A DNA stretch of 64,000 bases. Origin: Sphingomonas sp. GTDB lineage: Bacteria; Pseudomonadota; Alphaproteobacteria; Sphingomonadales; Sphingomonadaceae. Made by a program: the position numbers and the translations under genes. Below, piece by piece: positions 10,125 through 17,414 of the stretch; position 1 is the stretch's first letter; each line of letters begins with the position of its first letter. The DNA lies in contig JANMPU010000034.1 in the NCBI GenBank assembly GCA_031369985.1, forward strand, positions 12,857-76,856, in the 5' to 3' direction. Under the pieces are notes generated by a model. That model saw nothing but the letters and a program-made list of their open reading frames with translations. It ran no database searches and had not been told where the DNA came from.

Positions 10125-10636
10125 CCTGCGCCGACGGTCATGCTCGTTCCGTCATCGCAACATCAAAGGTGCAGGCGAAATGTTACAATTACAAGCTACT
10201 TGTGCGGACTATTTTTGTTAACTCTAATTTAACGCTGATTTTCACGAATTTACATCACGGCCATCCCTGTCGATTATCCTATTTACTTGAATGTAAGTTG
10301 CACGAATCGGTTCGATACTCTCGCGAATCGCCGTCCATCGTGAACCGGACCCTCAATCAAAAAAACCCAAAAAACGGCGTAATTACATGAGTGTAAGCAG
10401 CAACATCATGTCGGTTTCAATTGACTTGCTCCACAAAAAGTCCATCCTGTCTCCATCGATTCGATCCCACGCCCCACCGGGAGAGACGCGTTATAAATAC
10501 AACCGTCGCCCTTATTTGCGCCGGTAAGTAAAAGGACTGTCGTGGCCATGCTCGGGCTACCAGCAACTGTGCATCTATTGTTATCCAGACAATCGATGCG
10601 ATGTTGCGCGATACTGGGTAAGGACGCATGTAACGC
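10125..10636. promoter_or_regulatory. AT-rich divergent control region between the two T3SS operons
   Basis: About 0.5 kb of non-coding DNA, visibly AT-rich compared with the flanks. Contains CACGAAT repeats (10244, 10301) and a TTCGC-N16-TTCGT pair on the minus strand (10302-10327). Confidence 0.5.
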
Positions 10637-11803
10637 ATGGCCGACAAAAATGACGGTGCCGACAAGAGCGAGTTGCCGACGCCCAAAAAATTGCGTGATG
10701 CACGCAAAAAAGGCGATATTGCTAAATCAAAGGATCTTGGCGCGGGTCTGCTAACGGCGGCATGGCTTATTTTGTTTGCGTTTGTCGCCGGATTTGCTGC
10801 GACCGAATTGGCTCGGCTGGCGACTGATACGCTGGCAGTTGCAACGACGATGCCGTTTGAAAAGGCTGCTGCGACCATCGGCTGGGACGCACTCATCACG
10901 CTTATGCGTATTTCGCTGATGACGTTGGTGCCCGTCGCGGTCATTGCGACGTTTGCCGAATTTGTTCAGGTCGGCCCAATGTTCACGACCGAGAAAATGA
11001 AATTCGGTCTCGATAAGCTCAACCCGATGGAGGGGCTGAAGCGGATGTTTGGCAAAGACGGTTTGTTTGAACTGGTCAAGACGTTGGTCAAAGTCGGGTT
11101 GATCATGATCATTGCTTATTTTGTCATGCGTGCCGCGATCAGCGAGTCAGGGCAGCTTATCCGTCTTGCCAGCTGGTCGCCGGTTGCCGACACCGGCCCC
11201 GCAGCGGCGTCGGCTTCGCTCGATCTGACATATCGGCTGACGATCAAACTCTTTGCGATGGTGGTCGGCGTCTTCCTGTTTGTCGCAGTCGCGGACTGGG
11301 TTTATTCCAAACATAGTTTTATCAAGAAAATGATGATGAGCCGTCGCGACATCAAGCAAGAATATAAGGACGACGAAGGCGACCCGATGGTCAAATCGCA
11401 GCGCCGCGAAATGCACCAGGAATGGGCAAACCAGAATACGTTGGGCGCAACACGCGGATCGGCGGCATTGCTGGTCAACCCGACCCATATCGCGATCGCG
11501 CTTGATTATGACGAGGACAAAACGCCGGTGCCCGTGATCGCCGCGAAAGGCGCAGGCGAACTCGCCGCCGCCATGCGTGCCGAAGCGGTCGCGGCGGGTA
11601 TCCCGATCATCCGTAATATCGCGACCGCGCGGACATTGTGGGCGCGCGGCGAGATTGGCGAAATCGTGCCACAGGATATGTTCGACGCGATTGCTGCGAT
11701 CATATTATGGGCCAAAAAGGCACGGGGCGGTGACGCTCCGATGGATCATGATATGGATGCGGCGCGGCCGTTGCTGGCGCGTCTCGAAACGGCATCGACC
11801 TAA
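10637..11803 (+). CDS. sctU: T3SS export apparatus switch protein SctU (YscU/HrcU/FlhB family)
   Basis: 388 aa. N terminus KSELPTPKKLRDARKKGDIAKSKDL, four TM segments, and the NPTH autocleavage site (LLVNPTHIAIAL). Confidence 0.95.
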   Translation: MADKNDGADKSELPTPKKLRDARKKGDIAKSKDLGAGLLTAAWLILFAFVAGFAATELARLATDTLAVATTMPFEKAAATIGWDALITLMRISLMTLVPVAVIATFAEFVQVGPMFTTEKMKFGLDKLNPMEGLKRMFGKDGLFELVKTLVKVGLIMIIAYFVMRAAISESGQLIRLASWSPVADTGPAAASASLDLTYRLTIKLFAMVVGVFLFVAVADWVYSKHSFIKKMMMSRRDIKQEYKDDEGDPMVKSQRREMHQEWANQNTLGATRGSAALLVNPTHIAIALDYDEDKTPVPVIAAKGAGELAAAMRAEAVAAGIPIIRNIATARTLWARGEIGEIVPQDMFDAIAAIILWAKKARGGDAPMDHDMDAARPLLARLETAST

Positions 11804-11815
11804 CAGGGAAAATCT

Positions 11816-12136
11816 ATGGGTATCGGAACGGTCCTCTCCTCAATTCTGGCAGTGGTGATTGCGCTGGCCTTTGTGCTGGGGCTGGCTTGGGGCGTCATTT
11901 GGCTGCTCAAAAAATTGCAAGACCGGCAATTGGGGACAAGTGAAGCGGCAGCCGAGGGGCACAATATCCGCTTTGTCCGATCGATGCCGTTGGGCCAACG
12001 TGAGCGGGTCGCGATGATTGAAGTGGGCGGCGAAATAATGCTGCTCGGCGTGACGGCAGGAGCGATCACTTTGCTCGCGCGCTGGCCTGAAGGGCAGACA
12101 CCCGACTTCCCGCCGCGACCCGGCGCACCTGCATGA
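11816..12136 (+). CDS. FliO-like small membrane protein inside the injectisome export-gate operon
   Basis: 106 aa with an N-terminal TM helix (VLSSILAVVIALAFVLGLAWGVIWLL). The core IRFVRSMPLGQRERVAMIEVGGEIMLLGVTAGAITLL closely parallels my recollection of E. coli FliO (SLGARERVVVVDVEDARLVLGVTAGQINLL). ATGA overlap with sctQ. Confidence 0.7.
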   Translation: MGIGTVLSSILAVVIALAFVLGLAWGVIWLLKKLQDRQLGTSEAAAEGHNIRFVRSMPLGQRERVAMIEVGGEIMLLGVTAGAITLLARWPEGQTPDFPPRPGAPA

Positions 12137-13047
12137 ACGCGCATGTCGGCATTGATGGACTGACCGCATTGCGCCGGATTGATCCCGAGGACGCGGCGCT
12201 GGGCGCGGCAATTTGCGTGTTGCTGCGCGCGGGTGGGACGACGGTGCGATTGGTGGACGCGCCCGAGAATGGCTTGTTCATTACCGAAGGGGGCGTTGCG
12301 TTTGCGATCCAATCGATAAACGGGAATGCGCCAATCGTATCGACGGCCCGCGTGACCGAAGCGGCGGCGGCGCTTGATGCGATTGATCCCATGCTGGTCG
12401 ATATCGAAGCAGCGCTTGGCCTCTCGCTGGATGCGACGGGCATGGGCAGCGTAGGCTCTGCCGCGATTGGCATCAACGTGAGGCGCGAAGATTTTAGCCT
12501 GACTCTGGTCATTCCTCGTGATCACACCCGCCGCGCCGACTGGGTCGCATTAGCGGAAACCCTGCCGCCCTCAACGCCACACATGCCCGTCATTGTCGCG
12601 CTTTTAATGACCGGCCCACGCTTGACAGTGGCCGAAGCAAGCGACCTTTCGTCGGGTGATCTCCTGCTCGTTCCGCAATCCGCTATGGCAACGCTTCAGA
12701 CCGCGCATCTGCCCGCAATGACGGGTGCGTTCGACTTTTCCACCGGCCAGTTTTCGCTTGGCCAGACCGGAGACTTTATGCCCGACGATACGCTCGCCTC
12801 AGATTTCATGGTTCCGCTGACCATTAAGTTCCCCGACCGGATGACAAGCGCAGGCAGCCTGTCTGCGTTGGTGCCGGGGACGACGCTGCCACTGGGGCCG
12901 TTGACCGAAGGAATACCTGTCGAACTCCGCGTCGCGGATCGACTTTTGGCGTGCGGTGAACTCGTTCAATTGGGTGACCGCTTTGCGGTCCTGATCGAGG
13001 ATCGCGCTGATATCAGCGACCCAGTTACAACGGCGGAGGACGACTGA
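12133..13047 (+). CDS. sctQ: T3SS cytoplasmic ring/sorting platform protein SctQ (SpoA domain)
   Basis: 304 aa. C-terminal SpoA/FliN-like domain (VPLTIKFPDRMTSAGSLSALVPGTTLPLGP...PVELRVADRLLACGELVQLGDRFAVLI). Confidence 0.8.
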   Translation: MNAHVGIDGLTALRRIDPEDAALGAAICVLLRAGGTTVRLVDAPENGLFITEGGVAFAIQSINGNAPIVSTARVTEAAAALDAIDPMLVDIEAALGLSLDATGMGSVGSAAIGINVRREDFSLTLVIPRDHTRRADWVALAETLPPSTPHMPVIVALLMTGPRLTVAEASDLSSGDLLLVPQSAMATLQTAHLPAMTGAFDFSTGQFSLGQTGDFMPDDTLASDFMVPLTIKFPDRMTSAGSLSALVPGTTLPLGPLTEGIPVELRVADRLLACGELVQLGDRFAVLIEDRADISDPVTTAEDD

Positions 13048-13742
13048 TGGACCTCTCGCAATTCACCCCCGGTTCGGCGCTCATCACCGTCGTCCTGCTC
13101 GCGCTCGCGCCGTTCTTCGCCGTCATGGTCACCAGCTTTACCAAGATCGCGGTGGTGCTCAGCCTCGTCCGCAACGCGCTCGGCCTGCAACAAGTGCCGC
13201 CGAACATCGTGCTCAATGGCCTCGCACTCATCCTCTCGGTGTTTGTCATGTATCCGACCATCGAAAAGATGCAAGCCGCCGCCGCGATTGAGGGGCCATC
13301 GACCGCGACAATGGCGGGTGATGCACGGCCCGGCACAAATCCCCTGTCCAGTACCGGCGACATTTTCGGCACCGCTGACCGCGCGAAGGAGCCACTCCGC
13401 GCCTTTTTGATGAAGCATAGCGATCCCCGCGAACGCGCTTTCTTCCTCCGCACTCAAGCGCGCATCGGCGATCCGACAGCTGTCGCCAGCCTGAAGGAAA
13501 GCGACTTCGTCATCGTCATCCCCGCCTTCGTCGTGAAGGAATTGAAGATGGCGTTTCAGATCGGTTTTCTCATCTTTCTTCCCTTCCTCGTTATCGACAT
13601 GGTGATCTCGAACATATTGCTGGCGATGGGCATGATGATGCTCTCCCCGGTGACGATATCGTTGCCGTTCAAGATATTGTTGTTTGTTCTTGTCGACGGC
13701 TGGGTGAAGCTGACGCACGGGTTGGTACTCAGTTATGTCTAG
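13047..13742 (+). CDS. sctR: T3SS export apparatus protein SctR (FliP family)
   Basis: 231 aa. FliP-like TM pattern with IPAFVVKELKMAFQIGFLIFLPFLVIDMVISNILLAMGMMMLSP. Confidence 0.95.
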   Translation: MDLSQFTPGSALITVVLLALAPFFAVMVTSFTKIAVVLSLVRNALGLQQVPPNIVLNGLALILSVFVMYPTIEKMQAAAAIEGPSTATMAGDARPGTNPLSSTGDIFGTADRAKEPLRAFLMKHSDPRERAFFLRTQARIGDPTAVASLKESDFVIVIPAFVVKELKMAFQIGFLIFLPFLVIDMVISNILLAMGMMMLSPVTISLPFKILLFVLVDGWVKLTHGLVLSYV

Positions 13743-14001
13743 CGACCTTGTCGGCCTTACCACGCAGGCCTTGTGGCTTGTCCTGCTGCTGTCCGCGCCG
13801 CCGATCATTGCGGCGTCGGTTGTCGGTTTGCTGGTCGCGATCATTCAGGCCGCGACGCAGCTTCAGGAACAGACGCTGCAATATACGCTCAAATTCTTTG
13901 CCATTGTGGTCAGCATTTTCGTGACGTCCAGCTTGATGGCCGGCGCGCTCTATTCCTATACCGACGCAATTTTCTCCGGCTTTCCCGGGATGGTTAAATG
14001 A
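13735..14001 (+). CDS. sctS: T3SS export apparatus protein SctS (FliQ family)
   Basis: 88 aa with two TM helices. FliQ-like LLLSAPPIIAASVVGLLVAIIQAATQLQEQTL. Confidence 0.9.
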   Translation: MSSDLVGLTTQALWLVLLLSAPPIIAASVVGLLVAIIQAATQLQEQTLQYTLKFFAIVVSIFVTSSLMAGALYSYTDAIFSGFPGMVK

Positions 14002-14831
14002 ACGAAGTCGGGGGCGTGCCTTTGTTCGTTACGATCCCCTGGCTCGACCAGTTGCTGACCGTCGGCACCGCGTCGGCACGTTTTGCGTTCGCCTTTGTCT
14101 TTGTACCTTTGTTCTCGACCGAAGTCATGCCGCCGACGGTGCGCAACAGTATCATCGTGACCTTCGGCCTCGTCGCCCTATCGATGCAGCCCAATTTTGC
14201 GCCCGCCAATTTGTCCGCCATGGCATGGGCAACCATGCTGCTCAAGGAAGCGGCAGCTGGCGGCATCATTGGCTTGTTTTTTGGCACGATGCTCTGGGCA
14301 ATGGCGGCGGCGGGCGAGATCATTGACACCAAAGTCGGCGCGACGATTGGCCAGTTGGTCGATCCCTTGAGCGGCGTCACCACATCACTGACCGGCATCC
14401 TGCTCGGTCGGTTCGCGCAAGTGGTGTTCGTCAGTGCGGGCGGGCTGACATTGCTCGTCGGCGCAGTGATGGGAAGCTATGCGGTTTGGCCGATGGGACC
14501 GGGCGGGGTCACGCTCAACCTGCAAGCCGTGCAATATTTCGAAGGCGAGTTCGGGCGGCTGTTTACGCTCGCGTTCCTGTTTGCCGCGCCCGTCATCACA
14601 GTGCTTTATGTCATTGATGCGTCAATGGGTTTTCTCAATCGCTTTGCCCAGCAATTCAATGTGTTCGCGCTTGCGTTGCCGATCAAGTCGGTCGCTGCGG
14701 CGCTTATTTTGATCATGTGCCTGCCGCTGCTTGCCGATGCCGTAATCGGTGATCTGGGCAGCCGTGAGGGGATATCGGGCGGGATCCTAGATCGGGTCGG
14801 GACAGTGACACCCCCGGGTAGCCAGCCATGA
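13998..14831 (+). CDS. sctT: T3SS export apparatus protein SctT (FliR family)
   Basis: 277 aa, polytopic, in the FliR position after sctS. ATGA overlaps at both ends. Confidence 0.9.
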   Translation: MNEVGGVPLFVTIPWLDQLLTVGTASARFAFAFVFVPLFSTEVMPPTVRNSIIVTFGLVALSMQPNFAPANLSAMAWATMLLKEAAAGGIIGLFFGTMLWAMAAAGEIIDTKVGATIGQLVDPLSGVTTSLTGILLGRFAQVVFVSAGGLTLLVGAVMGSYAVWPMGPGGVTLNLQAVQYFEGEFGRLFTLAFLFAAPVITVLYVIDASMGFLNRFAQQFNVFALALPIKSVAAALILIMCLPLLADAVIGDLGSREGISGGILDRVGTVTPPGSQP

Positions 14832-15277
14832 GCGCGACCGACGATCCCCGGTTGTTTGGCCTCGCGACCGGCGCGACCACGGCGGCATCCACGCGCTCTG
14901 TGTCGCAACCGACCGGTGCGCTCCCCGGTGAAGGGGTCACCGATCCCGCCGAGCTCGCGCGCCTCGTCAATATGCTGCGCGCGTCCGAAGTGGCCAGCGC
15001 CCCGCAACGCCGCGATATCGTAATTGGCGAATTTAGCGTATCGGCGCCGCGTGTGCCTGATCATCACATCGAAACGCTCCAGCATTTGACGCGCAACGAA
15101 GCTGCGGTCCTTCGTTTCCTTGGTTGGGGACGGGCGAATGCGGACATAGCAACATTGCTCGACATGACCGAAGCGACCGTGCGCACGCACATGGCCAATG
15201 CGATCCGCAAACTGCAACTGGACGGCGTGCGCGAGTTGAACAGCCTTGCAGGGTTGCTGTTTATGTCAACGGACTAA
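14828..15277 (+). CDS. LuxR/GerE-type HTH transcriptional regulator, last gene of the sctU operon
   Basis: 149 aa. C-terminal GerE HTH (LTRNEAAVLRFLGWGRANADIATLLDMTEATVRTHMANAIRKLQL). No receiver or autoinducer domain was recognised in the N half. Confidence 0.8.
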   Translation: MSATDDPRLFGLATGATTAASTRSVSQPTGALPGEGVTDPAELARLVNMLRASEVASAPQRRDIVIGEFSVSAPRVPDHHIETLQHLTRNEAAVLRFLGWGRANADIATLLDMTEATVRTHMANAIRKLQLDGVRELNSLAGLLFMSTD

Positions 15278-15480
15278 CCTCGCCGTCCTATTGCTTTGCC
15301 GATGAGGAAAACTCCGCCGACGCCAACGCCACCGGCGGCGGCCATCAGGAGGTAGGGCGGGCTGTTGTCATTGGTCACGGGCGCGTTTCCCGTGTTGGCG
15401 CCGGCGAGCCGGGTATCGCCCTTGCCCGCCACGGCCCCCGTTTTCCGCGCAGGCACAAAGCCTTCGTCGGTGAGCGTCAT
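15274..15480 (-). repeat. Left arm of a 207-bp inverted repeat (202/207 identical to 18935-19141)
   Basis: My base-by-base comparison of the reverse complement with 18935-19141 found 5 mismatches. Identity drops sharply upstream of ATGACGCTCACC. Confidence 0.85.
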
Positions 15481-16281
15481 CGCATCGAGATCAAGACCCG
15501 ATGCCTTCGCACCTTTGCGTACCGCGGCTCCCAATTGCCGCATCATGTTGGGATCGTCTTTGTACACATCGACTGACGCGGAGATCAGCATCGCTTGCAC
15601 CATCATGGCTTCGGCCATTTCCTGTTTGGTGGCGTCGGTCGCGGCGGCGAATTCGGACGTAGCTGCAAGCGCGCTGGCCGATTGGCGTTTCACTGCTTGC
15701 ATCGTCGCGCGGCTTGGGTCGCTGGTATCGCCATTGGCGGCTTGCCACGCCTGAACCCAATAAACCGTGTAGGCATCAGCGACATTGTCCGTGCGCAGGC
15801 CATAGGGCTGGAGGTCGCGACCGAGCGCAACGATAGGGTCTGTCGATGCAAATAGCTGTGCCATCTGTGCCGAACCAGCGGGATCAGAGGCGCGCGATTT
15901 AGCAACGAAACTGGCGAGGTTAGCTTTTCGCAATATGAGCGAAGGCGCAAATTTTAGCCCACGTTCAGTTGCCGCGCTCGCCGCCATGCTTGGCCTTGTT
16001 GAGCTTGTGAATAACTGCGGCGCAAATTGTCGCATTGGCAGGGATGAGGCGGAACATTGCCCCGAAGCTTCGCGTCGAAGCAGTTCAGCCTTTTCCAGAT
16101 CGTTGCTATACGCGCGACCGCAGATTTGCGATCCGCCGCCACTCGCTTGCATGCCCATGGCCATCATACCCGGGCCATTCACGATGGCACCATTAAATGC
16201 TGGCATCATTGGCATTTGGGACGACGCCGGGATTGCTACCGTGAGAGCAGCGAGGAATGAGGTAGACTTAAGAATATGCAC
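15274..16281 (-). CDS. Signal-peptide protein with a C-terminal membrane anchor (paralogue A, unknown function)
   Basis: Start refined to GTG 16281 (GGAGG 5 nt upstream). Signal peptide HILKSTSFLAALTVAIPASS; core NVADAYTVYWVQAW...AVKRQSASALAAT; C-terminal [29 protein letters not shown]. Paralogue of 18218-19141. Confidence 0.7.
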   Translation of the reverse strand: MHILKSTSFLAALTVAIPASSQMPMMPAFNGAIVNGPGMMAMGMQASGGGSQICGRAYSNDLEKAELLRREASGQCSASSLPMRQFAPQLFTSSTRPSMAASAATERGLKFAPSLILRKANLASFVAKSRASDPAGSAQMAQLFASTDPIVALGRDLQPYGLRTDNVADAYTVYWVQAWQAANGDTSDPSRATMQAVKRQSASALAATSEFAAATDATKQEMAEAMMVQAMLISASVDVYKDDPNMMRQLGAAVRKGAKASGLDLDAMTLTDEGFVPARKTGAVAGKGDTRLAGANTGNAPVTNDNSPPYLLMAAAGGVGVGGVFLIGKAIGRRG

Positions 16282-16295
16282 TGTTGCCTCCAACG

Positions 16296-16325
16296 AAAAA
16301 GGAGCGCCCCTTGCGGGACGCTCCC
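16296..16325 (-). terminator. Rho-independent terminator after extended-SctF gene A
   Basis: Minus strand reads GGGAGCGTCCCGCAAGGGGCGCTCC followed by TTTTT. Confidence 0.6.
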
Positions 16326-16351
16326 ATAGTTTCTGCCAAATGGCAACTGCA

Positions 16352-17023
16352 TTAGCCTTTGCGGGCGATTGTTGACGATGCTTCGCCGATGGACTTGAGG
16401 GTATTGGCCAAGGCCTGTGAAACGATGCTCAATTCCTGACCAAGAGCCTGCATCTCGCCAGTCACCTTACCATATTTGGACTGACCTTCGGCGTTGAAAC
16501 TACCATCCTTTTTCAGTGCGCCATTCTCACCCAAATTGCCCAATTCGACGCCTTTTTTAGCCATCAAATTCATCTTATCGTCCATAATCTTGCCGAGAGC
16601 ACGAGCGATCTTCATCAGCACGCTGCCACCTTCATCGCCCTCAGCGTCCTCGGTAGAGCTACCCGCACGACGCATTTGCCCTTCAAGGATAGCCCGCATA
16701 CCGTCTCGAGCGGTGTCAACGGCGCGTGAGGCCTGACCCATCTGCGCTGGTGAGAAATTGAACGCACGTCCAAGCTGGTCAAGAGCAGCACGGCCCGTGT
16801 CGGGGCCACCAGCGCTGCCTGTTGCAGCCGAAAACGCTTCTTGCGCCATGCTAATAACTGCTGGAGGAAGTCCGAGTTTTTGACCAATCTGCATAATCAC
16901 CTCTTTGGCGACCGCAGTGAGAACCATCTTTGCAGCGATTGAAGCCCAACCAGCTGGTCCCATCGCGAGCTGCATCAGCGTGGCCGGGTTAATGAGTGAT
17001 TTGAACAATCCACCGATATTCAT
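16352..17023 (-). CDS. N-terminally extended SctF-family (needle/filament- or harpin-like) protein A; candidate T3SS substrate
   Basis: 223 aa, no Cys, Gly/Ala-rich centre, AAGGAG RBS. The C-terminal ~100 aa align by eye with the cluster's SctF (IARALGKIMDDKMNLM vs FAGAWGKALDKQADVI; TLKSIGEASSTIARKG vs SLDSVSKALETMARKG). The hydrophobic N domain is shared with paralogue B. Confidence 0.6.
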   Translation of the reverse strand: MNIGGLFKSLINPATLMQLAMGPAGWASIAAKMVLTAVAKEVIMQIGQKLGLPPAVISMAQEAFSAATGSAGGPDTGRAALDQLGRAFNFSPAQMGQASRAVDTARDGMRAILEGQMRRAGSSTEDAEGDEGGSVLMKIARALGKIMDDKMNLMAKKGVELGNLGENGALKKDGSFNAEGQSKYGKVTGEMQALGQELSIVSQALANTLKSIGEASSTIARKG

Positions 17024-17043
17024 GACTAATCTCCTTCGTCGAA

Positions 17044-17118
17044 AAACTGTCGGGGTGGCCGGAAGGACCGCCCTACATTCATTGTTCTGGCAGAAGGAAT
17101 TGAGTCGCGAACTCCACG
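17044..17118 (-). promoter_or_regulatory. Conserved promoter/leader block upstream of gene A
   Basis: In gene orientation: CGTGGAGTTCGCGACTCAA, then TTCTGcCAGAA, then AGGGCGGTCCTTCCGGCCACCCCGACAGTTT, ending 20 nt before the ATG. The same three blocks occur upstream of gene B. Confidence 0.5.
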
Positions 17119-17150
17119 AATCGTTTAGTTTACCTAAACGATTCGTTTAG
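17118..17150. promoter_or_regulatory. Palindromic operator-like element built from three TCGTTTAG half-sites
   Basis: GAATCGTTTAG-TTTAC-CTAAACGATTC is an 11-bp inverted repeat. It overlaps the 17-bp perfect palindrome CTAAACGATTCGTTTAG (17134-17150). A related GAATCGTTTA occurs at 17297 on the gene B side. Confidence 0.4.
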
Positions 17151-17159
17151 TTTTGTGCC

Positions 17160-17275
17160 GATCCGCGCTCAAATCGTCTTGCTGAACTCGTTTCAGCATC
17201 CATCGCGGCACGCAACCGACGGTGTTCGTTGGAAAATGGACCCTGAAACAAGTTCAGGGCGACGCTCCTAGTGTG
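17160..17275. repeat. REP/MITE-like intergenic element with two hairpins
   Basis: Hairpins TGCTGAA-ctcgt-TTCAGCA (17180-17198) and CCCTGAA-acaag-TTCAGGG (17241-17259). A further CCCTGAA-tcttcg-TTCAGGG hairpin lies at 46984-47003. Confidence 0.4.
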
Positions 17276-17321
17276 ACAGCAACGTCCTAAACTATTGAAT
17301 CGTTTATTCAAACCAAAGGCT

Positions 17322-17395
17322 CGTGGAGTTCGCGACTCAAGACCTTCTGTCAGAAAGATGTCCGAGGGCGGTCCTTCCGGCCACCCCGACAGTTT
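17322..17395 (+). promoter_or_regulatory. Conserved promoter/leader block upstream of gene B
   Basis: CGTGGAGTTCGCGACTCAA (17322-17340), TTCTGtCAGAA (17345-17355), and AGGGCGGTCCTTCCGGCCACCCCGACAGTTT (17365-17395), which ends 19 nt before the ATG. Confidence 0.5.
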
Positions 17396-17414
17396 CAATA
17401 GGAAGGAATGGATC

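Noticed and set aside
10289-10296. A shared 8-mer, AATGTAAG, between the T3SS control region and the ech/fdsG palindrome (55865).
   Set aside because: A single short match between functionally unrelated promoters is plausibly chance. No second half-site is present at 10.29 kb.
10302-10327. Calling a bona fide PIP box (HrpX site), or hrp-box or tts-box promoters in the T3SS locus.
   Set aside because: TTCGC-N16-TTCGT misses the canonical N15 spacing. I found no GGAACC-N15/16-CCACNNA or tts-box-like consensus by eye. It is reported only as a weak similarity.
10387-10527. 46-aa ORF (MSVSSNIMSVSIDLLHKK...) in the AT-rich T3SS control region.
   Set aside because: There is no Shine-Dalgarno sequence and no recognisable fold or motif. 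An open frame of this length is expected by chance in AT-rich non-coding DNA.
17085-17101. Sigma-54-like TGGCAG-N6-TTGA string.
   Set aside because: The spacing is one base off, the -12 element is GA rather than GC, and the string is antisense relative to its nearer gene. It is better explained as one face of the TTCTGNCAGAA palindrome.
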